A stretch of 64,000 bases of DNA from Paramecium tetraurelia (Eukaryota): the NCBI GenBank assembly GCA_000165425.1, contig CT868452.1, forward strand, positions 310,001 through 374,000, read 5' to 3'. Below are positions 12,716-26,450 of this stretch, piece by piece. The stretch's first letter is position 1. Every line of letters starts with the position of its first letter. The notes below the pieces were generated by a model, which saw nothing but the letters and a program-made list of their open reading frames with translations, had not been told where the DNA came from and ran no database searches. The translations under genes and the position numbers were made by a program.

Positions 12716-14864
12716 ATGAGTTCGTATATAATAGCAGGCAGTTCCGATAAAGTCGATACAGCCGAAGTACTCTATCTTGATGTTAACATAATAGTGTGAG
12801 AACATGGCCAATCTGATTAGACAATACTACCCAGAAATTTCATTCAAGATTGTATTGAAAGATCTAACTTAATGGGAATAATATGCTGATGAGATCTGCA
12901 GAATCTATGGATTTAAATAAAAGAGCAATCCCATCATATATACGATGGATGGTTGTCTAATTGGAGATAGAAATGTACAACCATGCAAATCATCTAGGCA
13001 TTTATTGCATTGGCAGAGAGTAGATTCGGTTTCTCTGATCCCAAGTTAAGACAAGGTCCCATCACTCCAGATGTCAATAAGAAAATAGCCAAACAAGAAT
13101 TGGATCAAAAGTTAAAATTGCAGAGGGGCAAGAAGAACTTTGATGGAGAAAATAGAATAACAGATGCTCATCATCTATTCTAATAATATTGTTCAGCCTA
13201 CAGATGGTGTATTCAAATAGTCATTTAAAAGCGGAGTCAAGGAAAAATTGAAGACTTGGTATGATTCACTTAATAACCTAATACGAACAGATGTAAAACG
13301 AAACTTGTCAAATGACAGTATCTACTCATCTAGTTTTAGAAATGGAATGAAGGTGATTCCTCTCTTTTATTCTAGTTTCTCTATAAGTTCGATGATAGAT
13401 TGAGACCAATCAAAAAATTATAAGAATCTCACCATTTCGAAGAAAACAAGGAAGCTATTCAAGAATCTAATTATGTAGATGTTGAAGTCAAAGAGGATGG
13501 TAAATTAGTAATCAAACAAATCTTATGGTTTAGTGAAACAGCCAGATTCCTGACTTTGGAATAAGAATAACTCTAATAACAACTACAGGAATTGGCATAA
13601 CAGAGAGAGAGGGAACAATCTCATAAGAATAGTAATATATTATCTAATCATATTCAGGCATGATCTCACCTGATATCAGAAGAGACACTAATGAATTAAA
13701 TGATACCAACTCATCTCCAAAGGCAACCATTCAAACTCAACCAATTGTTGAATAACCGAATGAAGAGGGTGAATTGGATGTCATAAAAAATGATTAGGTT
13801 GAAGACCCTTAATAGACTGTTCCATAAGATGCTGATTAATAACAAGAATAGATCAATCCTACTATTGAACAACAAGAATTAGATTAAGTCTAATCTATTG
13901 GAGGTGGACCAATTGTGGATTTACAAGAAGATATTGAAACTATCCTAAATAGTAATTAGGAAAAGCCTGATAAAATTGATGTCTCTGAATTGTTTGTTCA
14001 CAAGTTTAGAAATGAATACGCCCTCATTTTGCATCCATTTCCATTGATGGATGGTTAAATGTTGCTATGCAAACCGTTTGATAATCATATTGATGATTAT
14101 AGTTGTATTAAAAGAGGAAGAATAAATTCATATAAGAAAAGCAGCGCATAATTGAATTGTGAAGGATTATATGAGCACTAATTAGATATATTTAAAGCAA
14201 TTACCATCTAAGATTGTGAAATAGTCGCAAAAATCATTAATAAATGTGATGCATTAGTTGTTTTGAATATACTTCCTTAAGATTTAGAGTCATTTTTGCC
14301 ATTATCAAATGGACACTACTCCATTATTTTAAGATAACATGCTGAATTAAATAAAGCCAATAAAAAACTGTTTAAGTTCCTAAATGAGAAGAAAGTACAA
14401 GTTAATTATAAACAATTAATGCCAATTGAGGAATTCATTCTTGATCAGAGAAGCTAATGTTACGAAGTTCAAAGGGAAATATTTAAACGTAAAATTTGAT
14501 TAATAATAATAATGTAGTTAAGTCTTTGGATATCCAACATTACTTTGCATTCCCTCCTTAGCTTCTAACAGCAGAATCTGTGATGGATATCATAATGAAG
14601 ATATTGTCAATCATTTTGGATTATGATCATAGTATTACCTATTATTAATATTTAGCTGCTGCTCTGAAAATGGGATTCAATTTGCTAATAAGCAAACACC
14701 TAGTATTTTTATGTCCAACATTTTCTAATTATGATGATATAGATGGATTTAAATTACATCTTCAAGCTTTTACAGCTATGGGCTTTCTCAATCTACCAAC
14801 AGGAAGTTCCTCAATCAATTTCTTTGATTTATTGTAAAAAGCGCAGGAAAAATTATAATAATGA
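12716..14864 (+). CDS. Fusion protein: MDH1B/PPIL6-like N-terminal domain plus degenerate ATP adenylyltransferase (Apa1/Apa2-like) domain
   Basis: N-term YIIAG...ECENMANLIRQYYPEISFKIVLKDLTQWEQYADEICRIYGFKQKSNPIIY..GCLIG; C-term LFVHKFRNEYALILHPFPLMDGQMLL, ITIQDCEIVAKIINKCDALVVLN, GFNLLISKHLVFLCP, LQAFTAMGFL; family assignment by eye; possible 1-nt frameshift near 13130. Confidence 0.6.
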
Positions 14865-14893
14865 TCATTAATAAACATTATATATATAATATA

Positions 14894-16654
14894 TCATTTG
14901 AATTAATATTCTCCACAGTAAATATAATCTATATCATCATCCCATGTAGTATATTATTTGTCTATTCTATATAAATCCAAAATTCGAGAATCATAGATGT
15001 ATTAGCAATTGCACAATGCTTCAATCAAACCAGTTTCATCAATTATTTAATTCAAAAACTCTGGTTCAGTTTTGTATATTTAACTTTATTTAATGATAAT
15101 ATTTTGGTCATATTTAGTTTATGATTTCTAAAACTTACTTTAACCTTGCTGATTACTATCTATATTGAATTCCATAGCCTTACTTCTCTTTCTTTTATTA
15201 TCATTTTCATCCACTCTCTAATAAGTAATTAAATCATTTTCAACTTGATTTAAGATCTCATCAATCTATTCTTAATTGGACAATAAATCTTCTCTATTTT
15301 CCAACCCATTTCGATTTGTTTCTTCAGATTACCTTCTATTATCACTAGATTTATCCTAATCAGACATTTAATCACTGACCACCTATCCATCAGTATCAAT
15401 TCTATAATTTTTCTTATCAATTTATTAACCGTTAGCTGCAAAAATGGCATTCTTTCTACTTATCATTTTTGTCTCTCTTCTAATTCTTCTCTTTGTATCT
15501 GTCTCTTTATCACCTGTACCACTTTCACTTGGTTCCTATTCTTCATCTAAATAGTTTATATTAGCATTCTTTTCTTTTGTATCCATGATATCTTCAATAC
15601 TTAATTTAGTATATTTTCGAGGTATTTAAGTTTTAGAATCCTTTAAATCTTATTTAATACTTTTGCGTTTCTGTTTTTAAGAATCAACTTGATTTTATTA
15701 AATTTATTATGACTCAATTGGATTAATTAACTTAGATTATCTTTGCACTACTACTTTTGTAGTTCTATGTTGCTAAGCATTTCTTTTTGATTGACTAATA
15801 GTTCCAGATACTTCTGACAAGTTTTCACTAGATTACTGAGATGTTGTATTATATTAATCCTAGTCACTAAATTAATCAGACAACAATTGCATTATCTAAC
15901 TTTGTTCAGCTGTATTAAATGAATCATCACAATTAAATAATAGATTTATTCGATTGCTCTTTTGTAATTTATTTGGCTAGAACAAATTTATGAGCATTTC
16001 CATCCTATTCTTAAATTCAAGATCAGGCTCTGCTTTTGGTAAAATATAATAATCATTATAATCCTAATTTAAAAGTAGAAATTCTTTTCTCAACTTTACC
16101 AAAGTAATTACAGCTTGCTTCTTCTCTACCTATCTTACATATCCTTTATGATTTTTGAGCAATTTCTCAACTTATTGATATATTTCCATGATCTTCTCTC
16201 TTATTTCAATTCTTCTAGTTTGATTTTATTACTGAGGCTTTTTCAAGTAGTTTGGATACATATCTAAATCAGGTGCACTTCTGCGAGGATCTCGAGATAT
16301 CATAAAATTATTCTAAAAGTTCTCATTACTACTATTGCGGACACGCTTAAGCGGACTTTCTTTATTCTTAGTTGTCTTGGCAGCATCGAGTGGTTTATAT
16401 AAACAGTTAAACATTTCGACTTCGTTGAGAGGGGTTTATTCTATTTTCATTATGCTGGAATAATGATAATAAGAAGAGTTCTTATGATGAGTTGAATGCA
16501 AAGGAGTTGTTGGCTATAAAATTTTAGACATTGGAGATTGAGAGGGATTCAAGGATCTTGTCTATGAATGTCGAGTAGATCGTTCACGAATGTGACTCAT
16601 AGCCAATTATGGCAACTTGATCTTTGTTACTGTAGCTTTAGACTTAATAATCAT
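14894..16654 (-). CDS. Hypothetical low-complexity/coiled-coil protein
   Basis: MIIKSKATVTKIKLPQLAMSHIRERS... to WDDDIDYIYCGEYQFK*. Confidence 0.55.
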
Positions 16655-16816
16655 TAAACAAATAAATTATATTCACATTATTAAACCTATTTGTGAACAA
16701 TATATAATTCTTTTTTTCTCCTCATTTTCTTTTATCCTATTCATTAACAAATATCTAGAAATTATAAAAATAAAACTATCTCTGGCTGATTTTTGCTTTA
16801 ATAAATATAATTTATA

Positions 16817-18114
16817 ATGCAAGATTTCAAAAGAACTAAACTTGAGACTTCTTGTATGAAATTTAAAGCAAATTTAATTAGATAATTCATAAAGAACAGA
16901 GGATTTCTCAATCATCAATGGGCCAACAGGTACAATCAAGTAAAGTGATCATAAATTTGATGAATAAGCTAGTGAAACATCAGAATATTAAGAAAAGTAA
17001 AATATGCTGCTTCATCTAGTAAATCATCTTCCCTTAAATAACCCTTGCCTATAATTCAACAAGACATAGAAAAGTCAGAGTATGAATCTCAAATAGTAGA
17101 ATCCTTGGGAGATTCATATCCAGGATCTGAAATTTAAGCCTTAATTGAATAAAAAAAGCAAAGAGATCACAAACCTGTATTAGTAATCACTTAAATCTAG
17201 ATCTATTTGAACATTATGGTTGTTGGCTAATCAGGGTTAGGGAAATCCACTTTTATTGATGTTATACTTAAAAAAAAGTTTGGAACGGGCTAAATTTTAA
17301 GAGATTCTACTCTTCAAATATAGGAAATATCAGGTATTCATTCATTCAAAAAACAAAGGTCAAATAACTGCTAATGATTTAACTTTAAATATCAAATTTA
17401 TTGACACTCCTGGGTTTAGACATCAATATAGTCTAAGATCTTGGCTTAAATTATTATGTGGACACATTCGGAGTTAATTTAATTCTTATTAGCAAAGATA
17501 AAATCAATAGTATGAGAGCAAAGAGAAATTTTAGTAATTATCATAATAAGACTTGGATGAAAGAGTGCATGTATGTTTTTACTTTTTCTCTGGTCCTAGA
17601 ATTTAAACTGAGGATTTATAGGCTCTAAAGAAAATAAGTGGATTAGTGAATGTTATTCCCATTTTAGCCAAGGGAGATTCTTATACTAAAAATGAGATTA
17701 TCTAGCTTAAATAGCAGTTTAATGATTTGATAAATGATTATCATATCGATTTGTTTAAATGTTAATGCAATAATAATTTCAATGAGAAGAGTCAATTTGG
17801 ACCTACTCCTCCTTATGTAATTATAAGTTCGGTGGAACAATTTCAAGTTGGAAATCATCTTATTTATGGAAGGTAATGATTGCATTATTCAAAATAGAAA
17901 ATTTCCTTGGGGGATTTGCGATATTTTTAATCCACAACATTCAGATTTGGCAATCTTACATAAATCTCTAATTGGTCATTATTGTTTGGAATTGATTCGG
18001 TTAACAGATTTCCTCTATAATAATTATGTGTAGAAAGAGAAATAGAAATTGAAGATGAAATAGTAAAATAAAACTTGGTTGGCTTACTTGATAAGCTATA
18101 TATTTAATCTATGA
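16817..18114 (+). CDS. Septin GTPase
   Basis: LNIMVVGQSGLGKSTFI (G1), IDTPGF (G3), DERVHVCFYF, VNVIPILAKGD (G4), septin-unique element GRKFPWG...NPQHSDL. Confidence 0.92.
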
Positions 18115-18185
18115 ACTATTTATAAAATGTGTAACATCAACAATTTAGAATTCATCATTTATTTATATTATTAATATATAATAAA

Positions 18186-19587
18186 TCAGCAATTTGCTTG
18201 TGGCTATTCTTCCTATTTTTGTTCATGTGTCTCCTTCTCTTGTTTCAAATAATTAAGATTTAATCTATGAGTATTTCCAGGAGTATATTTTGGACTTATC
18301 TATTTCCCACTATTTTATTTTTGTTTCGGATTTGACAATCTCACTGGTCTATCAGGAGTCCAATCTGGTACTGTTCTTGGAACATAACTATATTATGCTA
18401 ACTTTTAAGATTAAAAATCATCTAATTTATATCTATCATTTTATTCAACAATACCTAATTGTTTGCACTCTATTTGATACATTATGGGAATCTGTATCCG
18501 CAAATGATTATTTATTTGATGCATTCTAATATAATCTCTTAGATGTAAAAAACCCAGCTAAGCCTTGGGAAGTTGGTTTTTCAAATGTTCTTATTTACTA
18601 TTTTGATTCTCTTTCATTTTAAAACAGTTCAGATATATAGGATTGAAGATCTCCTTTCATTCTGTTTGCCTTTTGGGACTTTCTTTCTTCTTACACTTAC
18701 CTTTCTTCATAGGGAGACCTTAGTTATTATTGAGGATTAGGAACATAATTTCTTAAATTTTGAGCTGCCTTCTGGGGAGATATCTAAATCTAAGATTCAA
18801 CAATAAAGGAAGATTTAACGGATATTTGACTATTTCCTAACGAACCCTTATTTTAGAGACTACTTTGAAGTAAATTACCACTACTTCCGAAAGTAGCCTT
18901 ATTTCTAGAATATGCAGGAGTAGAATCAATGTAACTTCGTTTAACTTTAGAAGGATTACTATTTTATTCTTCTTCGTTATTTTTTTATTGAAGTTTAGAA
19001 ACTTGCAATTCTGGTGATTTGACTTCAGATTTCTTGGCTAAAAATTGTGCAAAACAGTCTTATTCATTTTAAACTACATCTTATTTTTCTTTCTATTTTT
19101 GTCCTTCATTGACTAGATTATCCAATTTCTCTCGTAATTTTTCTAATGTTTCTATTTGTTATACTCTTTTGTTTGGTGCTGCATCTAATCCTCGTGAAGC
19201 TTCCTTAGGCATCTCTCCATTATCCAACATTGTCAACAGCTGTAGTTTCTCATTAATGATTTGTAATTTATGATCATTCTATTTTTATTTGTATTCCCAT
19301 TATTCCCAAGCCTTAGAAAAGTTTTCTTCATTTAATGTAATGTCTTTAAATACTTAGGTTCTATTTAATATAGTTCAATTATCTTACAAATCTAATCCTT
19401 TTGCATAATCCCCAAAATCTTCAATGGCCAACACATCCTTCCCTTCTTTGCATAAAGATTTAAAAGCTTCTGCTGGATTTTTGAATTTAGAAGACAGATT
19501 TTTCTTTAATTAAACCCATTAATTTAAAATTGATTGACTTTTCTCAATCTCTTACTTCTATTAAGTTAACTGCTCAATTTCAGACAT
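18186..19587 (-). CDS. Hypothetical coiled-coil protein with an EF-hand-like N-terminus
   Basis: MSEIEQLTQQKQEIEK...KFKNPAEAFKSLCKEGKDVLAIEDF..., S/P-rich middle. Confidence 0.55.
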
Positions 19588-19901
19588 ATTAAAATTTATT
19601 TCAATTATAAATAAAAATTTAATTCCAAATAGTATATATATATATTTAGTTTAATTATTAACAAAGTATGAATACTGTATTCCTCTCATATTTTGAGTGC
19701 TTGCATAAAATATGTGTTTTCTATTTGTAATCTATTTTATGTAAATCACTAAATATTTTAATTGTAATCTTGAGATAGTAAAAAATTACAAATTCATAGG
19801 CTAATTTCACTTACTCTTCATGTTTTCAATACTATAAATGAATAGATGTAATTAGTATTTATAAAATAGAAAAATATATTTAAATAAATATAATCAATAT
19901 A

Positions 19902-20615
19902 ATGTAAAGCACAAAATTGGAGCGAAATTTTGTAAATGAAAATTTGATTTCCAAATATCTAAAGTGTATTATTTGTTCTGCAGTATTTGATGAACCAACA
20001 AGATTACGATGTGGGTAATAATATATTTTAATGAAGCCATACATTTTGTAAATTATGCATTTCTTAATGGTTAACTGATCATTAGACATGTCCTGAATGT
20101 AGATAAGATGCAAAGCGAAAGCACTTTCAAAGTAATTTTGGTCAAAATAATTTTTCATAGTCGACCGTATTGCTGCTGGAATCATAAGTGAATTGGATGT
20201 TTATTGTTCAAACAAAATTTATGGCTGCAAATGGAAGGGTGTTATAGATAGATTAGAAAGCCATCAAAGAAAATGTACTGCTAAAATAGTTGCAGAATAG
20301 CTTAATTTGAAAATTCAATCAAATTAAGAGACTGATGAAGATAATGAACTAGCTTGCCAAAATGATCCAGGAAACTTAGTCACAAGAATTAATGCTAATT
20401 TAAAGGATAAAAAGGAAGTTATTGATGCATTAAAATCATCTAATGAAAATACTAAAGATGATAATTTAGAAGATGACGATCCATTAGCATTCTTAAACTA
20501 ATTGCATTAGTTCTCAGAAGAAAATCCTTTGGAAGAAATGAGAAAAATTGATTTTAGTGATGAAGATCTTCCTAAGCAAAGTCGTGGACGAATAATACCA
20601 TAATTAAATGAATGA
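19902..20615 (+). CDS. C3HC4 RING finger protein with a TRAF-type zinc finger
   Basis: CIICSAVFDEPTRLRCGHTFCKLCISQWLTDHQTCPECR, then VYCSNKIYGCKWKG..LESHQRKC; two short introns. Confidence 0.85.
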
Positions 20616-21398
20616 TAATCTCATATATTTGTTATTCCATTATATGAATATTATTGTTTAATCTGAACTGTATTATCTACTTTGAAATCTTCAAAATAAA
20701 TATTTAATCAAATTTTTACAAAATTAACATGTTCCTATAAAGTTTTTGAGTAAAAACAATTAAATTCTATGATAAATCATAGGATTTGGTTCATTTTTAA
20801 CTTTAATTTAAAAACCAACTGATTAATTATCATTCTCTTATACGTAGTAAAAGTATTCTTATATATAATTTTTTATTAATTAATAAACAATTATAATGTA
20901 TATATTCGATCTAGTTTGCGAGAGTAAATTAGTTACTTCAAGCTTTTTATGTAAATTTCATCCCTTTAAAGTGTGCAAATAAATTATAAATTTTTATTCT
21001 TTGATTTACTATATGAGATCAATTTCTTTTGTATTAATAAATGATGTGAGGAATGAATGATTTTATTTTGATTATTAAATCCAAGTAATTAATATGAACT
21101 TATAATTAATGCTTAATATAAGGCATTTCAAATTCTTTAAACTTACATAAGTTTTCTTAGTGGGAAGTTTGGTAAAAAGTATAATATCTTAAAGAAAATT
21201 AAATCATTCTTATCAAATTACTGGAGTTATGATTAATTTGAAATAATATTACTTAAGTGAGATTATTCGCAATGAGAATGGTCTAATAATAAACATTAGT
21301 TAGATGATGAGTAATAATTTTGTGCTCATACACAAATTTCAATTTTTCAAAATATATTCATTAATAGTTTATAAATATAATAAAATTACCCGGGAAGA

Positions 21399-23773
21399 AT
21401 GTATATAGAAGAATTTTCTAATTAACTAAATTTGGATCAAGAAACTTTAGATAAGGTTAAATAAGCTATGCAATAATTTTCAGAGTAGGATGAAAAAGTA
21501 TATTTGATTAGAGGATATATAGATTTATGTTCCAGCTGTAGTTTATTTATGCAGTCAAAGTTGCCAAATTCAATAAATTGATGGATAAACAAAACAAGGC
21601 AATGGGATTACACTTACCTAAGTATGTTATTCATAAAATTGTAGATCATCCGCAACTTGGATCCCTAAACTGATATTGAGTAGTTCTTAATGGTTTTGTA
21701 AGATCTTCCTGCGCTTCTGAAGTATCATTCAACTGAATTTGATAATGTAGTGAGATAGGCTAATTTCAGCTTTAGGTTGTACAAAAAGTTTGACAAATGC
21801 TTTAGTCTCATCCAGTATTGATAATTTTTATATTATAATAGGCCTGTACAGAATCCAAGTTAAACTCCATAATTCAAAAAGGAGGATGATTGCGATCCCT
21901 ATATATCTGACTTAAAAAAAGTAGCTTGGATTCTCTGCATAATAGTTCGATAGAATATTTTACAATATGAGGAGCAGTTAGATAAAAATTAACTTATTAT
22001 TTGTGATCCAAATACTAAAGTCATTTTAATTTTAGTGGGATCTTTATCGATTGTATTTTAAAATATTCCAAATACATTTACATAAAATGTTTCAGATATT
22101 TCACAAAAAATGCTGTCCTTTTTTTGCAATGATTAAAAAGAAATCGATGAGGAATTAAAATATTATTAGGATTTGTGCTTTAAATGCATCAATCAAATTG
22201 TGAATATGATGCAACACAAAACTAAAGTATTAGATATGCAATAAGATACTCAAGAAACCCAACTTTCAGTATTGTTTGAAGAAAATACAATTGATTAAAC
22301 CTATAGAAGATTACACAAATATTACGAAAAGACTAGAAAGCATTCTGATTTGGATGAAGAATGTTTTTTGAGATAGAGGATTGTATTTACACCTAAGAAA
22401 GACATCAACAAGCAAGCTGACTATTAAGACTTTGAAACATGGTAAAAGAAGACCAAAATCAAAAGTGATCCTCCTTTTATGTAAACACCATTGAAAGATA
22501 ACAAATTCTCCAACACTCAAGAAAAAACATATTTTGATATCAAGAAAAATGCTAATCCTCAAACTCCTATAAGTAAATGCATGGAATTACATTAATGGAT
22601 CAAGAAAATCACTATGCAAACTTATAAATGCTTTGAAGATGACGACGACGAATAAGGGTTTTATAACCAGGCAACAATTAACATTAATAAATACTTTGAG
22701 GTCACAGAAGCATCCAAATCTTAAAAATAAACTGAACAAGTATAAACTATATTAACATTGTGTCTTGCTGTCATAGATTCATTAATGAAATAGAATGAAG
22801 GTTAATTTGATTTGAAATTACTTAAAAATTATAGATTCCAATTTGCTATTTTAGGTTTATCTCTGTATACCTATTAAATTGTAGCCTAAAAACCTAACTT
22901 ATTGCAAAACATGAAATAATTATGCACAGTCTTTGAGATAAGTCCCTTAGATTTATTTAGAGTGATAGCTAACTTTGCTCATTTTCATAGATAAATGCCC
23001 TCCACAATAACTTCATAACTCTTTGAATTAGAGAAACATATCCTCTTCAATTTGATGTGGCAAACAGATGCTGAAAAACTGGTTGAAATCTTCAAAGAGA
23101 GTATTGAATATAATATTATATAGATTCCCCAAAATATTTTGATTCTGAATTGGTGAGGAGATTTTAAAACCATTTAGCCTTGAGAGTGAAGGAACTTTGC
23201 AACATCTTGGAATTAGATATTCATGACTTCGCTTATTCTGCAATCTGTGATTTTATGAAGAATCCTAAATTATCAGTATTGAAGGATGTGATTTTTGACA
23301 CTGTGATCATTTGCACATTCTATGTCATTTAAAAACATCAAAAACAAAGTCCCTCCTTTAACTCTTACAATAAAGTAAGAATATAATATTTATCATAGCT
23401 TTACACTAAATATTACTCATAACAAAAGCAAGTATTCACTAGAATTGTTGAGTATTATAATGAGAAATTCTTGAATGAATTCAGAGATATTGTAAAATCC
23501 ATATCGAATGCTCAACCTTTACAAATACCCAAGAATTTTGAATGCCAAAGTCCCCTGATAATAAAACAAATCCCCGTGTCTCCAAATTACAGGCAATAAT
23601 ATATTGCTACTCCAGAACCACCCTCCCCTCAAAAAAACTTCATGCGCTCGTTGATGCAAAAGATAAAACCATAATAATAATAATAATAATAACAATAATA
23701 ATAATAATAACAATAACCATAAAAAAAACAACCATAAAAAAAATAATAAGACATTCAACCTTTCCAAGATTGA
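21399..23773 (+). CDS. RBR: Retinoblastoma-related pocket protein (RB-N, pocket A and B)
   Basis: DLDEECFL; QTPISKCMELHQWI; pocket A LDLFRVIANFAHFHRQMPSTITSQLFELEKHILFNLMW; pocket B LALRVKELCNIL, LKDVIFDTVIICTFYVIQK, IVEYYNEKF; several S/T-P sites; TGA 23771-23773. Confidence 0.85.
23672..23716 (+). repeat. (TAA/CAA)15 trinucleotide repeat encoding polyQ in the RBR tail
   Basis: 15 consecutive in-frame TAA/CAA codons. Confidence 0.9.
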
Positions 23774-23793
23774 TTTTATATTTAATAAAGCAA

Positions 23794-24629
23794 TCAAAGA
23801 ACTTCTGCCAAGATATTTTGATTTCTCTCCATCTCCTTTATAGCTGGTCTAAACAACTAAAATTATATTCCTTGCAACATAATCCCCATATATGTTAAAA
23901 TAACTCTCTCTGTCTACACCTTCCAAATATGAGTATATTGTAATTTCATCGAGTTGTTTTAACATAGCACTCTAAATTATATCTATTATTACATGCAAGA
24001 GTGACACAAATATAAATGAAAAATGGTATATAATGCATCTGAGCAGCCTTCTTCTTCTCTAAAAAACTATTGGCATAAGCAAAATAAACCACATTTAGTA
24101 AAAATGATAAATCAACTAAAGTTTCATGTTAAAATAACTAAGTTGGCATAGCCTATAGAATTATTTCAATAAGTAAAAGTAAATGAGCTATTTGTCCTGC
24201 TAGACAGATAGTGGCATTAAAATTCATTTTGTGTTATTTCTTTGTCAAAAACGGCAAAGTTCCTATTTGTTTATTTGTAAATGATTTCTTAATAATATCT
24301 GAGATTACTATGCCCAATATACAAAGAAAACACATGCAAACCTCTTATTTAATTTAATAATTTACTACTAATCCTACATTGTATGATAAAGGATCATCAT
24401 AAAAAAAATAAATTCTATCCTCCTCTGGCAAATTTGATAGGGCAATCAAAAAACTACATATACTCAGACAGCAATATATGGTAGGTTAAGTACTTAAAAT
24501 TAAAGTCTTCTAATTTTCCTTCTTTGATTCTCTTATCGAAGAAAACAAAGAAACTCTATCATCTGCCAAAATATCATAATTGTAGGTTTCTTTTACATCC
24601 CTTTTTCCAATGATATCGTCCTTATTCAT
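23794..24629 (-). CDS. Hypothetical membrane protein
   Basis: MNKDDIIGKRDVKETYNY..., hydrophobic segments, ends EMERNQNILAEVL*. Confidence 0.45.
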
Positions 24630-24719
24630 TGCAGATCTTTCTAAATATGTTATTTAATAAATAAACTATTTATATATAAACTGTCTAATTCTTAATTATG
24701 AAAATTAAATATACTCTAA

Positions 24720-26175
24720 AAACTAATTCAGAATTTATCAACGATGTTTATTCAATAAAATATATCTACCTGGTACACTCAAACCTAAGAGACTTATGAT
24801 CCCAATCAATGATATCTGGGCATATTTAAAGTATTTTTATTTCTCCTATTCATAATCGATATAATAGTTGTATTGTCTCAAAACTAATAATCCTGACAGC
24901 AATACACTGGTTGTAATGGGGAAAAAAAATCCACTTATAGACTTATTAATTAGAAATAGTACATAATTTATAAAGTGAGCCATTTGATATTGGAGAAAAT
25001 CCTTTTAGAAATCATTTGGCTTCTATGAAGACTATTAAAGAGTTTTATATGTCCAATTTGCTTAAGTGAATAGACCTGTCATTGTTATTATAACAATTCC
25101 ATGAGACTTAGTTAATACTCCTTTAATCATTTTGGTATAAATAATTATTTCAATTAATTTATGTTTTATCATTTTTTTATACTTATATGAATTTAATTTT
25201 AAGTTTGGATGGCTTTTTGATAGTATTGGAATTAAGATCTTACTTATCTTCATGGTTCTCCTCTGCATTTCCTGCCTAGAATTCTACAGGGATATACACC
25301 TGATTAAATACAGGCATGCACTTTTTGGCTTCGTCTGACGAGGATCTTAAACTGTTATTATTTTATTAGGGCACTAATATTTTCTTAAGAATTGGTTGGG
25401 GCTAGATATTTTAAACAATTTTATTTAAATCTAATTTCTGATTAAACCTATGTTGTATGCAATTTCCATTACTTTATTGTTTGCTTTGCATTTATTAGAC
25501 ATTCACTTTAGTCTCTTTGTGACTCTAGACCACATTCTACTATTAATAATGTTGTTGTTAAATATGCTTTTCCAATACATCTCCTTTAGAAAATGACAAC
25601 TTACATTTTATGCAAATATAAATTTCTAAATCAGCCAGATGTTCCTTTCTGATATGATTAAGACAATTTGACTAGGTTTTTACGACTTAATGACATTCCT
25701 TACATGTTGAATCTTTTTCAAAATACAATTTTAGAAATCCTTAATGAAGCTTCAAATAGAGATCGTTCTTGCCCTCTTTGTCGCAAAATTACTTTAATGC
25801 TTCAATTTGATTGATGGAACCTTGTTTCATCTTTTATTTGATGTGATAATAAAATCGTGATATTAATTTGCGTGCAGTCTATTTTATATCTAAAACCTGA
25901 TCTTATTGGGGATCCTCTGTATTCATAATCAATTCCACGCTTGTTTCATCATTGATAATGACTACTGAGTGTTTAATTGCCTTTGATTTGATCTCATCTG
26001 AATTTTTTTCAATGTTGAAATTTGATTTGTTATTAAACGTTTCAAAAATATACAACTTTTCATTAAGTTTGGAAATGTTCTTATGGCATTTCTTCACTTT
26101 GGCTAGGATCTAGGTTTTGTTAATTTGAGATTACATTTTGATAATAATAAATAATAGTGAAATTTCAGATTTCAT
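24720..26175 (-). CDS. Hypothetical protein(s), structure unresolved
   Basis: Coding-like minus-strand segments (e.g. SVVIINDETSVELIMNTEDPQQDQ). Confidence 0.3.
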
Positions 26176-26450
26176 GTGTTCAAAAGAATATAATGTATAT
26201 TTATTAATAATATGCTCGTTAAAATTTATGAAATATTTGCCATTATATAAAACACATCTAAATTAGTAACCTTGGCTATTAGTTCAAAATAATTACTAAT
26301 AAATCTGTAATTCAGAATATTATAAGATAAATAGATTTCTAATAAAATAAAAATAAAATATATAGATATTCAAAATAATACTTTTGAAGTGTAATTTCAA
26401 TATTATTTAAATTAAGCCATTTAGTATAAACACATTAATTACAAGTTCAA

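Noticed and set aside
23519..23898. ORF-track proteins with poly-Leu or poly-Ile runs
   Set aside because: Out-of-frame and antisense readings of the RBR (TAA/CAA)n polyQ tract
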